A stretch of DNA of 63,484 nucleotides, filler included, from Rhabdomonas costata (GCA_019059605.1; 48 parts of 48 records of this genome joined end to end with filler, not necessarily neighbours in it), one strand, 5' to 3'. Shown: positions 1-12,474, counted from the first letter of the whole stretch. Numbers and translations: made by a program. The notes: a model not told the origin generated them from the letters alone.

Positions 1-13
1 GCCTTTCTTATAG

Positions 14-422
14 CAAAGATTCGAGCTGCCAATGCGACCTGGGTGCCAGCAGCGTTGCCGTTCTTGAACTGAGCACATCAGGGAAGGTTGAGCAAGCCCC
101 AAATGGAGTGCTCAACTTTGCCACCTGTGAAGTCCAGCTGGTGCTTAGTTCGGATGGGAGCTCTTCGTCCGTGGGATTTCTGGTGGGGATCATTGTTGCT
201 GCTGTGATTGTTTTTTGCTTTGCATCGAGTGTGATTTTGTATCTGCTTTTGGCGAAAAAGCGAGCGCGGGATGCCGCGATGAAGGCCGCTCCGAAAGGGG
301 AGGTGACGATTGCCTTCACCGACGTGCAGGACAGCACTCGGCTTTGGGACGTGTGCCCCGGGATGCGCCAAGCCCTTGACTCCCACAACGACACGATGCG
401 GCTTTTGATCGATCGCTATATG
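14..422 (+). CDS. Exon of receptor-type adenylate cyclase (TM helix plus start of class III catalytic domain)
   Basis: TAG acceptor at 11-13; hydrophobic VGFLVGIIVAAVIVFCFASSVILYLLL then APKGEVTIAFTDVQDSTRLW...HNDTMRLLI; GT donor at 423. Confidence 0.88.
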
Positions 423-1227
423 GTTTTTGTGTTCATACTCTCGACTGAACACATAATGAGCTTGGTTTTCGTGCTGTTAACGTTTGCCGAACTGGGCTCC
501 TGTTTTCTTCATCCGGACTCGTCTGCCCAGTGGGATCTTTACACCGCCCTTCCCTGCTGCATCGTCGACTTGCCAAGATTTTCAGCTGCTGCTGCTGCTG
601 CAATGTTCTCATATCATCATGGCCACATGACCTCACCTCCAGGACTTGGTTTTTTGTTTTTGGAGGTCCACCCAAGATGTGTGGCAGTGTTGGGAGTCTT
701 CCTCTTGTCGCAGCCTCTGCGTTGCCCTGCCTGCCCTCCCACACCTCTCCAACCTAGAATGCTTCGGTTCCACTCCCCTCGACCACATTCACCAGTCCTT
801 TTTTGCACGCCGTTCCCGAACCCGCCACCGCGGCGTTCCCTCCCCCAGAGGCCTCCCTACCAGAAGACTGTATTGTGAAAAAGAAGTTATCCATATTCCC
901 AGTTACTCCCTGCCTGCCCCGGCGTAACAATTTATCAGTCGCGTTCTGTACTTCACGGACCCCACATAGGGGGAGGGGGAAAAGGATCCTCACCTTGCAA
1001 AATTCCGGCAATTCCCATGCCCCCCTCTCCCGTCCAGTTGACATACCCCGCTCAAGTTTCCAAAAAGTCACTAGTGCCCTTTTCCAAACTTGAGTCACTG
1101 CTCCCTGAGCGGAAATTGGAGGGTCCCCTTCTCGTACTGCCTTTTGGGAAATCACCAGTCCTTCCGCTCTGCTCCTGATAGTTGAATTGGTGGTTTGACG
1201 GTTGACCCGTGCACTCCACCAAAAAAN

Positions 1228-1326
1228 NNNNNNNNNNNNNNNNNNNNNNNNNNNNNNNNNNNNNNNNNNNTTAATTAATTAANNNNNNNNNNNNNNNNNN
1301 NNNNNNNNNNNNNNNNNNNNNNNNNN
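1228..1326. other. Artificial contig linker N-TTAATTAATTAA-N (first of 47, about every 1325 bp; last core at 62204)
   Basis: Identical 12-mer with stops in all six frames, padded by N runs. Contigs are of near-equal length, as in a length-sorted concatenation. Confidence 0.99.
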
Positions 1327-1414
1327 GGTTGGTTTTGTGGGTGCTGGGTGTCTTTTGGGGGGTTCGACTGTGACCACCAATTTTCGTTGGCACAGCATCG
1401 CGTAACACGATGAC

Positions 1415-2079
1415 ATGGCACGGGCCTGGGTTGCCCTTGCTTTCCTGATGTCTGGCTTCCCTCAGATTTCCGCATTGAGAAACGATGAACGGCGTCATTC
1501 AGAGACTTCCACGTGGCTCCTTTCCCAATCAGAGACTTCCACCTGGCTCAGCTTTCCCTTTTTGCGGGTTCTTTCTGCACACACCAGTCCTAAATTTTCC
1601 ATTTTGCTGCCTTTCGTTGGGAACTGTTTGAATACTAACACACATGTCACCCATGCTCGATTTGGTTTTTTAGCTCGTGATGAGGCAAAGCCCAAAAACA
1701 CAAAGATTGTGCGAGTTACTATCCACCTTGGGTAGTATGAAACGTCCGTTTTGGTCCATAGTAGGCGGTCTAATATGCTGAATCCATGATATTGTTTACA
1801 GATTTGCAAAGGGCCCAGTTGATAAAGTGGCCAAAGCAGGGATCCCCACTGACACGCATTATGAATTCTTTAAAGAATTTTTTCTAGTCAGATTAAAGCA
1901 AAAATTATGAGTGGTGATCCCTGCCTACACCAGTGCGGCGTTGTTGAGACCACATGCGGTTACCGATCCCGTATCTGGGCTAATCGGTGTGGTGATGTGA
2001 TGATGGATAAGTTTGTGGCTCGCACGATTGCCATTCGCATATCGCTCTCGGAGAGTTTGGAAGAGTGCTTTGCTTCGAA
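1415..2079 (+). CDS. 5' exons of a putative secreted protein (exons about 1415-1493, 1674-1731, 1802-1833 or 1826, 1929 or 1934 onward)
   Basis: Signal-peptide-like MARAWVALAFLMSG; TACTAAC at about 1633; phase-compatible junctions give ...VTIHLG|FAKGPVDK..CGVVETTC. No homology recognised; 3' end uncertain. Confidence 0.5.
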
Positions 2080-2686
2080 TGTTTTTGTTTGGTTCCTTTT
2101 TCCGGATGTCAATAGTTCTCTTTTTCTCTAGAAAGAAGTACTGAGTTTCTTCATGCTCTGAGTCCACCACAACACACTGTACCAGTTGTACCAGTAGTCT
2201 TCTTCGAAAGGTCTCTGTGAACTTCCAAGGCTGGATGGGAGACGCATGTTGGGATATTTTGTTCTGGTTTTGAATCGCCCATTGCTCGATGCTCCTCCGT
2301 CTGATTGTCTGGTAATTGGATCCCCACAAAGAGACTCAGCCTAAAAACTGCATACCGCCTCGGGTGCGGAAGGTCCCTTGCTTGCCGCAACATCCCCTCG
2401 CAGGATAAAAGACCACAGTGAATGGAAGTTTCGTTGCTTATCTCTGGGTTATGGTTTGGGAGGACGGCACCAAAGTCCCCCACACCACAGTGCATGATCG
2501 AGAGGGGTCATACACCCACTACTCACGCATGAAGTTTCCGGACTGCNNNNNNNNNNNNNNNNNNNNNNNNNNNNNNNNNNNNNNNNNNNNTTAATTAATT
2601 AANNNNNNNNNNNNNNNNNNNNNNNNNNNNNNNNNNNNNNNNNNNNGTTTGGGGGCTTAGGGTCTGGGCTGCGTACCTTGTCCTAG

Positions 2687-3872
2687 GCCTCCGTGGTCAC
2701 TATGAGCCACCTGGAGAAGGCCAAGGACAAGGTACGCAGCCCAGACCCTAAGCCCCCATTTCGCTCCGATGTAACCGCGTCCTTCCCTGAATATTGTGGT
2801 GTGGTCACCCGCTCTTGCCTTGCTGTTGGTTAGCTTTTTTGTCACAGATGTTACGCACCACGCGTATCGGTGCCCGAATACTTCGCCTGCGCCAGTTACC
2901 CCATGGTTGTAGAATTGCTCTGCTTGGCGGTTCCCAACGCTTATTGCCTTGCAGCCTTTTCTTCGTAGCAGCGTAAAAGTGTTTTGCTTCCTCTCCTCTC
3001 TCGCTTGGAGTCGGGTCTTTTCTAAATTGGGGGTTGACTACAGCTGATTATGGGGTCCCAGTGGAAGGGCAAGATCATCAGCCTGCAGGAGCGTACCTGC
3101 ACTGCCTACCACGAGGCATCTCCTTCCCTTTCTCCTTTCGCATAGCACCCTTCACACTTCCACGGCGTCTTTACATGCGACTGAAAATGGCAGCCTTGCC
3201 GTACCTCTGCTTGTTTTATGCTCTCTCCTATTTTGTTTCTCTTTTTCCATGTCTCTGCCTGTTTCCTGTTCAGCACACGCAAGCAAACGCACACAATCAT
3301 CCAGTAGCCCCTACTCCGCCGCACCTCCCTTCCTCCTTTTCTCGAGTCACACCAATAAACTCTTGCCTTCACTCTCCGCTATGCTGGTTCTCTCTTTGGA
3401 ACGAAAGTAGTGCGTTTTCGTTCCTCAAAACGGCGCAGGGTGGGCACGCCATCGTGGCGCTGGAGACGCAAGGGGCGGACCCCTTGTACAAGGCTACCAT
3501 CCTGCCCCATGGCCAGGCTCTAGGAATGCCCCCTCCCCACCCTTGCCCGGTATCGTGATCGGGTTCGGTTGAGGGTCGTGAGCCTTTGGGCCCGGTCACA
3601 ATTCCTTCATTGGAAAGTTAGTGATGTGCATTCTCGTGTCGGAATTGCAAAGCTTGAGAGTTTCCGGCAACGAAGGCGTGCGCTGGAGCCGTTTGTCCGG
3701 TGCAACCTCCACCTCAATGCCGCTGAACGCTCCCCCCCCACACACACACTTAAAAGGCGAGCCCCCAGAATGCATTACCCTTACCCGCTCGTCAAACAGG
3801 GGCGACCTTCCAGCTTCCCGAGTCCGACGAGGTGCAGTACTCCACGACGCACGAGAGGCTGTACTCCCACCT
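2687..3872 (+). CDS. YME1: FtsH/YME1-type (i-AAA) metalloprotease, M41 domain; exons 2687-2731, 3044-3115, 3439-3523, 3800-3872
   Basis: Spliced: ASVVTMSHLEKAKDK|LIMGSQWKGKIISLQERTCTAYHE|GGHAIVALETQGADPLYKATILPHGQALG|ATFQLPESDE. This matches the AKD-xIMG...TAYHEGGH...KATIxPxGxALG...QLP pattern. Confidence 0.92.
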
Positions 3873-4213
3873 NNNNNNNNNNNNNNNNNNNNNNNNNNNN
3901 NNNNNNNNNNNNNNNNTTAATTAATTAANNNNNNNNNNNNNNNNNNNNNNNNNNNNNNNNNNNNNNNNNNNNTGTTGTTTGTTTCACTTTGTCTCGTTTC
4001 TCTGTAATTCATAGTTTCTTTGCGGTATCGCTCTCTTGGGTGTGTTCTTTGCTTCTTTGCTTTGCATTTTTTTTAGTATCTGCTGCTGAGCAGCTGACAT
4101 CATTGATGCACTTGCTTTTCTTTTCTTTTGCGATTGACAAATGGATGCGAGAGTGCACAATCGTTATCCACATTTGTTTGCACATTACCAGGTAAACTTC
4201 TCGTGTTCCACAG

Positions 4214-5190
4214 GTTGCGTCTGCTCCGTTGGTCAAGAAGAAGATCCGAGAGACGTGCAGTCACATCGCCAGTCACTTCTACAGCACGGAACACATGACC
4301 ATCGCCCGCATGGTTCTGTTTTTCAAGGTTTGTCATGAATCAGCACACAAATTAATGTTGCTTTATCTCCGTCCAAAACTGCAGCTCTTCGTGTCTCTTG
4401 CTGGGGAAATATGTGTGCGTTTCGGGCAACACATTGCTTTTATTTATTCCTCTTCCCCTCGTTTGCATGAACAGGTGGACAGCAACAATGAGATGAAGCT
4501 CTTGTACTCCACAAGTATCCGCGTCACTGAAAAAGACAGGGAGCATCGACTTCTTCCTGTTCCACTGAACCTCTCTGTGAGGTATGCTTCCTCAAAAGTG
4601 CCAGCCCTTTCTCCAACTTTCTCCAACTCCACCGCTCTTCGCTGCACGCAGCATTAAAAGGAACACAGGTTGTGCAACTTACCTGTCATTCGCAGCGTTC
4701 CTTGTTTTTGGAGCCTGTTATCACATTGTCCGTGCCGCCTGACAGGTAAAAAAAGAGGTAAAAAGAAAGTGTTGCCAAAATGCTACCTTTTGGACTTACA
4801 CGGGGTTTTGGGATAGTGAAAAAAGTCTCACTCTGTAAACCACGTCAGCACAGTTATTCATGTGCAGAGGAAGCTTCCAAATTTAATTAGTTTCTGAGAT
4901 TTGCTGATGTTTTCCAGATTTGCGAGTGACATAAGCTGTGATTTCTCGTTTCTCACATTTAACATGGCGCGGTCTGAAATTTTGCTAACTCGAATTTTCA
5001 GAGAAATTTTTGCGCATGATGATATTGATTAGGGCCTTTCCTTGGTGGGACTATCAGGATGTCCAAGATGATACCCCTCTCTGGCTCAACACAAAAACCA
5101 CTCAAAGGATGACAGGCACCGCTGCTGTGGAAGACGCGGCCGATTTGGGGCTGGAGGCTTTGGATGAGGACTCCAAGCTCCTTCACCGCA
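4214..5190 (+). CDS. Multi-exon hypothetical protein (exons 4214-4327, 4475-~4576, 5058-~5190)
   Basis: CAG/GT-bounded, in-phase GC3-rich segments VASAPLVKKK...LFFK|VDSNNEMKLLYSTSIRV. Confidence 0.6.
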
Positions 5191-5675
5191 CCCAAAACCN
5201 NNNNNNNNNNNNNNNNNNNNNNNNNNNNNNNNNNNNNNNNNNNTTAATTAATTAANNNNNNNNNNNNNNNNNNNNNNNNNNNNNNNNNNNNNNNNNNNNG
5301 TTCGCGTTCTTGCCTTCAGGGGGAAGGAGGGGGGGGGTCTGCTGTGTACTAATGTCCATTTTGTGACGTTTGTGAAAATCCGATTGTGCTTTAGAAGAGA
5401 TGGGCGTACGTTAAAGGAAGCTGGGACTGAGAAAAGGACGCTTTTCGCCACACTAGTTGAAGTGCAAGAAAGAACTAGCCTAAGGACCCTCCAGAGGACA
5501 TTTTCTTGGAATGATTTGATTTGATTTGATGTGTATCTCAAATCAAACAAAAAAGATCAATTCAGACTTTCTTCATGGTATCTTTGTTTTTTCATTCTCC
5601 TTTCGACCTGTCGACCTTTCGACCTGTTGTTGACCTGCTTCTTGGAATGGTATTGTTGGGGGGATTTTTGCGCAG

Positions 5676-6295
5676 TGAGCAGTGTGGCGGAGGTGCAGCC
5701 TCTGCTGCGCAAGGCCCTCAGCCTGCGCAACACCAACAGCACCACCATGAACGAGCGCTCGAGCCGCTCCCACTGCATACTCACCTTCTACGTCTCAGGG
5801 AAAAGCAAGGTCACCAGCATGCGGGTGTGCCTTCCCGCACTCGAACCCCTGACACCACGTACTCCTGAAACGAAAGAGAATGAGAGGGCCCGACTTTTGG
5901 GGGCCTGACTTTGGGGACATGTCCAGGTCTAGAGCAGGAGGAGGACACTGCAGTCGGCGTCTTTAATCGACATTTCTATTCGTTGCCCCTGGATTCTGCT
6001 TGCTGTCGTTTTGGGCTCATGTCAGCGCTTCATAAACTTGGGACTGGGTCGGGATCTTCTTTGAAAGAAGTGGTGATTTCGGAGGTGCCTGAAACAACGA
6101 GAAACCTTCCTGAAACGTGACAGTGGTTACTCATTGGGCACTCGTACCTTCAAAAATGATGGTTGGGGCTCTCATTCCATCTCGTATTGGGAGACGGGAG
6201 GAGTTGATATACGTTTCTCAGGTTCATGGTAAGCTCCACCTCATTGACCTGGCTGGCTCGGAAAGGTCTTCGAAGTCCAAGGCGGAAGGAGACAG
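5676..6295 (+). CDS. Kinesin motor domain exons (5676-5824, 6222-6295), kinesin-14-like
   Basis: Switch I MNERSSRSH and switch II LIDLAGSER, GT-AG junctions. Confidence 0.95.
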
Positions 6296-7949
6296 GTGTG
6301 ACCTTCTCCCGAATCCCCTGGCAGGTTCTCGTTTGTCCCTGTTGCGGTTGCCCCCTCCACCATTGCATCTTAGCCACTATCTTTCCTCCGATTTTGGCCA
6401 GTTTTGGTGCAGTGCATGGTTATGAGCTCAAACCTGTGTGCGACTGGTTGGCCAAAATCGGAGGAAAGATAGTGGCTAAGATGCAATGGTGGAGGGGACA
6501 ACCACAACCAAACACACCCACCACNNNNNNNNNNNNNNNNNNNNNNNNNNNNNNNNNNNNNNNNNNNNTTAATTAATTAANNNNNNNNNNNNNNNNNNNN
6601 NNNNNNNNNNNNNNNNNNNNNNNNGTGGGTTGTGGCTACGGTTCGACCGGAGCCTGGAAAGCGGAGAGGAGAGGAGAGGAGAGGAAAGGACAGGAGAGGG
6701 GAGAAGAGGGGGAGGTCGCATTCGCAGTCGTTGGTTCGCTTGCGGTCCTTCAGAGTCGTTTTTCGTTCTTTGGGGCTTCGTCGCATCACCGAATCCCCGG
6801 AAGGATGGTTAAGCAGAGAGTGGGAGGTGCGAGCGATCATTGGGGAACGCGCATTCAAGGAAAAACAAAACGTGGAGAAGAATAACCATGGGTTTGAAAT
6901 GCGGGGTGTTAAAAACTGATAGCCAAAACCAGGTTAGGGAACCCGACCACGTTCCCAGGTTAATCAAGCTGATACGAAGCTTTCGGAGTTGGGTTGCACC
7001 CGTTCCAGGTGGATGAGGCCTGCACAGGAAGCGGCTAAATGGTGGAGTGAGTTGACGGGCGTTTATATTACTTTTAGATTGTCAGACTTTGACCACCCAA
7101 TGAGGTTGAGGTTGTGTGCGAGTGTCGAATCGAGAGGTGCCCAGTGGAGCAGCGAAGGAGCGCCTTAGATATGAGAACGCTGATGAGGCGGTGGCTGCGA
7201 ACAAACCGGATACTTTCCGCCTCAGTGACCAAGCAACGCTGGCCTGGCGATGGGCCAGGGGGCGGCCTAAGGGACATTTCCGGGGAGTCTTCACAACAGC
7301 GGGCACACCGGATGACGAGCGCACGGGCTCCCTACCCTAGCACAGCTTGCTGCAGCCATGCTTCCACACAACACACAACATTTACCAGAGAGGAAGAGGG
7401 GTGATCCTGTGAAAAGAAGATGAGCGCAGGCATCACTTACATTGTTGATGCGCAGAATTGTTGTTTCACTTCCAGCAGTTTGGTTTTGGTTTTCGAGAAA
7501 GTTGACGGACTAAACCCAGGGAACAAAGCACAGCCGCCGCAAAGTGAAGTAGAATGGCACCCAAACCCAAGTACAATGACAGCAGCTGTAGTGAAAATCA
7601 ACCTTTGCGGGTGTCACACGCGAGGGTCACCTCGTCAGAAAGTAACCCAAACGCAGACTGCTTTAAAAACAACTGAGCTCGTTCAACTTGAGCAGTTGGA
7701 AGATAATCCTAGATATAAAAGTGACCTTATGGTGACAGGCAGTCGATAAAACAGCCCCAAGCACGTCAGTCGAGCCTTTCCATGAGATCATATGGCAACC
7801 CTTTCCTTCTCACGCGCAAATCTGGGCACGGGGGTCAGGCAAAAACCACNNNNNNNNNNNNNNNNNNNNNNNNNNNNNNNNNNNNNNNNNNNNTTAATTA
7901 ATTAANNNNNNNNNNNNNNNNNNNNNNNNNNNNNNNNNNNNNNNNNNNN

Positions 7950-8995
7950 TCCGCCAAGGCCTGCTCCAGCTGGGCCCGGATGGAGTGCTTCATCTGAGAC
8001 TGCAGGTCTCCCAGCCAGTTCTCCACGTTGCCCTTGGCTGGGAACGGGGCGTCAAACGGGATGTCCTCGCCCTCACTGCTGTGGAAGGCGGTCAGCATGT
8101 GGGCGCCGTCCGTGGAGAACGTGACGCGCTCGATGCACTCGAAGATCTTCTTCAGGTTGGGCTGGATCGCCAGCGGGTCCTTGGACTGAGAGAGGATCTC
8201 CAGGAGCTCCTCGTCGGAGAGGAAGTAAAACCTCGCGAAAATCTGCCGCTTGTCCCCAAGATAGTCCTGAGGAGAGTCAGTGCAACCATTGGAAAAGGAA
8301 AAAGATGCACAGCGTAGAGGTCCGGCGCTTAAACATGGAATGGTCAGCAACACGGAAAGGCAGCATGTTACGCTCGTGGATGAGGTGTCCCAAATGAGAA
8401 TGAGGCGAAAGAAATGAGATGAGACGAATGAAAGGCAGGACGCAGGGGTGAAGTGGAGTAGGTCCGATGGAAACAGCGTGCAACAGATATAAACCCTCCG
8501 GAACTCACTTGCTTACCACTCGCGGGTTATTGTGAAAGCCCGCTCAACAAATCTGCGGCGGCGTTCATGACACCTCTTCTTGTCAGCAACGATGATAAAA
8601 AAAGCACTTTAATATCCCCTTCCATATCAATTCCATCATCACTTCGCTTCACTTTGGGTCCATATATGTGAGTGTTACGTCCCGTGTCAGAAGTGAAGCA
8701 CCTCGCCACATACGCATTCCAGCAAGGAGCTACAGTGGGGATCTCCCCTCTCAACAAAGCTGCTAAACAGCACGGGTCGGAGAAGGCACAATCTGCAGCG
8801 AGGGGGCGGCTAAAAAACCTGCAGGCCCTTCTGGACGACCTCCAGGGCCTTGTTGGCGTCGGTAAACTGGTCCAGCAGCTTGTTGCTGGTGGTGCAGAAC
8901 GACATCACCGCGGGATTGTTCTTGGCCATCCCCATGATCTTGCGCCAGGTGTGGTTCACCTTGTCAAACTTCTTGCTCAGCACCGGAAGCTGCAC
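7950..8995 (-). CDS. Axonemal dynein heavy chain, linker region exons (8995-8819, 8266-7950)
   Basis: QLPVLSKKFDKVN...LEVVQKGLQ|DYLGDKRQIFARFYFLSDEELLEILSQ...SSEGE...GNVENWL. Confidence 0.96.
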
Positions 8996-10939
8996 CTGTT
9001 GCGGGTGAGAGGGGGGGACGCGTCCACTTGTGCCCAGGGAAAAAAAATCTGAGGATCCGCACAAAAGAAGAGCTGTAAGGGAACTCAACAATGCAACAAG
9101 GACACAAGGCACAATTCCGCAGAGCCCTCTGTGAGTCATCTAACCAAGGCCTAACAGAATTCTCAAAAAAACACNNNNNNNNNNNNNNNNNNNNNNNNNN
9201 NNNNNNNNNNNNNNNNNNTTAATTAATTAANNNNNNNNNNNNNNNNNNNNNNNNNNNNNNNNNNNNNNNNNNNNCTTTCTTCAATCCTTTTCCAGGCCCC
9301 TTCCCATCTTTGCTGCATTCTACTGTGCATAGTGCCTTTTTCTACTGTGAAAGTGATGCACACTATGCACAATCCCTCTCTGCCCTGATCCCTTTGTGCT
9401 CTCGACCGCTCCCCACTGTAGATGTAGATTCCGGCTTCTCATCTGTTTTTTGTTCCGTGCACGTTGTTTGGTGTTGTCCCCTTAATGCACCAGGTGCATC
9501 ATCTTCTCGCTTGCTATGGCTATCCTCTTTGCTTTCCTCCGCTCTCGGTCTCCATTTCTTTCTTTCTTTGCCAGTCCCCTTGCCATTTTTTTCCTGCATA
9601 TTGCCTTTCTCCCAATCCAGTGTTCTCCGGTGATGTGTCGGACCTTGGACGCTGAACTCTTCACTGGCTACTCTTTCTGTCTTTCTGAAGTCACCCCTTC
9701 CTCTCGCGAGCACACGTGGGGCCAACAGCGCGTGGGTCCGCCAGTCCACAGCGGTCACCAACAGTCAACTAGGCGCGAAGTTTTATTGCTAGAGTTGATT
9801 TCTTTTGTTCTTTGTGGAGCTTTCAGTGCTTTCTAGTGCTATAAAGACAAATGTATTCATTATTCCGGCAGAGACGCAAGCAAGCCGAAGCGCCCGAAGA
9901 CTGAGGAAAACGAAATAGGATGGAGAAAAAATATGGACCCAAAAGAAAGCAACTTTCCATTTGTATTAAAGGTCAGCAAATTAGACATCGAACCACCTTA
10001 GCTGTGTTCGACATATCCACTGAAATATGGTAGTTTCAATTCGTATCCTCCCCCTATAATGAGGGTAACTTCACAGTTATAATAAAACAAGCGATACTCA
10101 AATCTTTATTTCCAGAGCCGTTTCCCCCTCGTATCGTGTTTAATTCAAAGCTTTCCAGCAGCATTACATGAGTTTATCTTCTTCAAAAGATCGGAAGAAA
10201 TTACTGCATGCCTTGGAATGTGCTGGAAAAGGTAGCAAAATTGGTTCAACTGGTATGCAATCAAATGAGATGAATGAAAGCAGCGCAGAAGGTTTTTCTG
10301 GTCGCACCTGGGAGTTTTGTTTTACCGCCACTATCCAGTGTCATATGTGACCATACAGCATCTGGGTTTCGAACCTTTGGGGTTCCTTTCAAAAATCTTC
10401 CAAATCCTCCTAATGTGTGTGTGCGCGCGCGTGTGTATTTCCTTTCCATCCTTTCATCACACAATCGTACACAAACGTGAACTAACAAACACAACAACCN
10501 NNNNNNNNNNNNNNNNNNNNNNNNNNNNNNNNNNNNNNNNNNNTTAATTAATTAANNNNNNNNNNNNNNNNNNNNNNNNNNNNNNNNNNNNNNNNNNNNG
10601 TAGACGGAGGGAAGGGTAAGGGACTAGAACGAAGAAAAATTATGGACAAAGATTGGAGAGGAAGCGAGTGATGCTACGGGATTTGGACTGAGTTTATGGA
10701 CAGAACGGACAAAGCAAAACAAAAAGAGAAAAATGGAGATAGTAAGGGAGAAGAGGGAGGAGGGGGAGAGGGAGCCCTGGTTCCACCTGAATCAGAACGT
10801 TAATGCCACTGTTGTATGTGTGTGGACCCAGACCGCACGTGTTTCTTCCCTCCGTGCAGGGTCAAGTGTGGTTATGCTTGTGCGCGTTGACTCAGCTACA
10901 TCTTGTCATATTGTCATATTGCCACCCCCCTACTACCAG

Positions 10940-11150
10940 GCTGTGCCATGATTCGGAGCCCATTTCTTCCTCCTCCTCTTCCTCCTCCTCCTGCTCCTCG
11001 GAGGATTGCGGTCGCTCCTCTGACCCTGGGGCGTTATCTCCGGAGGCTACCGAGGGGCTGGAGGTCCAGCTGAGGCACCTCCTGTGCGGTGCGCTGGGCT
11101 GCGACGAGCCCAAAGCGGCGGGAACCGACTCGCCTTATCCTCGGAATTAA
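10940..11150 (+). CDS. Probable exon, Ser-rich hypothetical protein
   Basis: CAG acceptor, GC-rich open frame; no homology. Confidence 0.35.
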
Positions 11151-12374
11151 AACCGCAAAGCAAGAGACTAAGGGTGAATTAACGTGCGTGCTTGGCTGTG
11201 TTCTGAGCGGAATTATGTTGGCCCATTGTGGCCGATAAAACGGTTAGCTTTGCTTTCAAGCTACTTTGCGTTTCCACGGTGTGCTATACCAGGTGAAGTT
11301 GAGTTTCGTGGGTTCCTATAGTAACGATTCTTCGCGATGCACAAGAGATGCCCCCCCCCCCCGACTTCAAGCGGGTTGTGTGAGTTTCCGGAAGGAGGGG
11401 AGGTCGCTCTTGAATAATGGAGGAGAATTAGCATGTCATTTTTGTGGAAGAATACAAAAATGCTGGCAGCACTTGCTGCGCCGCACTTGTTGAGCTCCTA
11501 GTGGGTCTCGGATCCTTGTACTTTTTCCTTGTGCGTATGACTTGTCATTCAGAGAGGTGAAAGAAGAGGGATGTTTCTGGGCGAAGCCCATTTCGTATTC
11601 AAATGACTCTGTGGTGGCGTGATGTTTTTGTCGGGGTGCTTCGCGTCCCCAGCCCATCCATGTATATCGCCAAAGGCCTGCTTTCCTAAACTTCTCTGGA
11701 CTTCCTCGGAGATTGAACACCCATGAGTACCTGAGCGCAACAGAATCCCGAGAAAGGTGGTAGCTCACTCACTGGTGGCTTCCAGTCATGCAAGCGATGC
11801 AGCATCCCCACCCCACCCACAACCNNNNNNNNNNNNNNNNNNNNNNNNNNNNNNNNNNNNNNNNNNNNTTAATTAATTAANNNNNNNNNNNNNNNNNNNN
11901 NNNNNNNNNNNNNNNNNNNNNNNNTGGTGGGGGGGGCAACCAGCAAAGCAACCGGGAAAGCAACATGCAAAGCAAGCCATTGTGCACAAGACTCAGCGAT
12001 GCGCTATTGAGGGAGCTTCTGAGTCCCAAAAGTGCACTCCTCAAATGCTGGAACGGTGGAGAAAGCAGTTTAGTCATGATGAAACATTTTTTAATGTGCC
12101 CTCTCGAAGGCAATTCGAAAAGTGTGAATCATCAAGTAGATCAATGTGGAGAAAAAAGAAGAGTTGGGGCGGCTGTTGAACAATGTAACACAGGGGAATG
12201 AGCTCTCTCAGTGAAGCTTGAAGAGCAACGTAAGGTGAGTTAAGAATCGAGCGTAGAACAAAAAGTGCATTCAGGAACAACACTGGTAAAAATTGGGCGA
12301 TGGGACTCAATTTGAGAAAAAAAAGACTTCCGAGCAATTGGGTGCATGGAAAAGAAAGGAACAAAACAGCGTAC

Positions 12375-12474
12375 CGTCTGCTCAGCCATCTTCTCCGCCG
12401 CCTTGCGGTGGGCCAAGTCCCGCTGGGCCAGCCGGTCAAACACGGAAGCACCCGGCTCCAGCTCCACCGCCGTG
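12375..12474 (-). CDS. Single internal exon, unknown protein
   Basis: TAG acceptor, GTACGC donor, GC3-rich TAVELEPGASVFDRLAQRDLAHRKAAEKMAEQT. Confidence 0.65.

Noticed and set aside
1499-1549. 21-nt direct repeat with 30-nt period
   Set aside because: Two-copy local tandem duplication inside a probable intron; not an array
2651-2757. Long near-perfect inverted repeats (also about 6346-6503, 13250-13432, 22266-22417, 27817-27977, 29144-29315, 40812-40956, 42199-42283) as hairpin RNAs, MITEs or viral hairpins
   Set aside because: All abut a contig end, arms are near-identical, and several copy coding sequence and break the ORF. These are fold-back chimeras from amplification.
3524-3799. Dinoflagellate host inferred from GC/GA donors
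   Set aside because: Many exons start with A, C or T after the AG, unlike the strong AG|G bias of core dinoflagellates. Host identity still needs 18S.
7179-7205. Hammerhead-like CTGATGA core
   Set aside because: Has GAAC instead of GAAA, stem II is out of register, and no stems I/III were found
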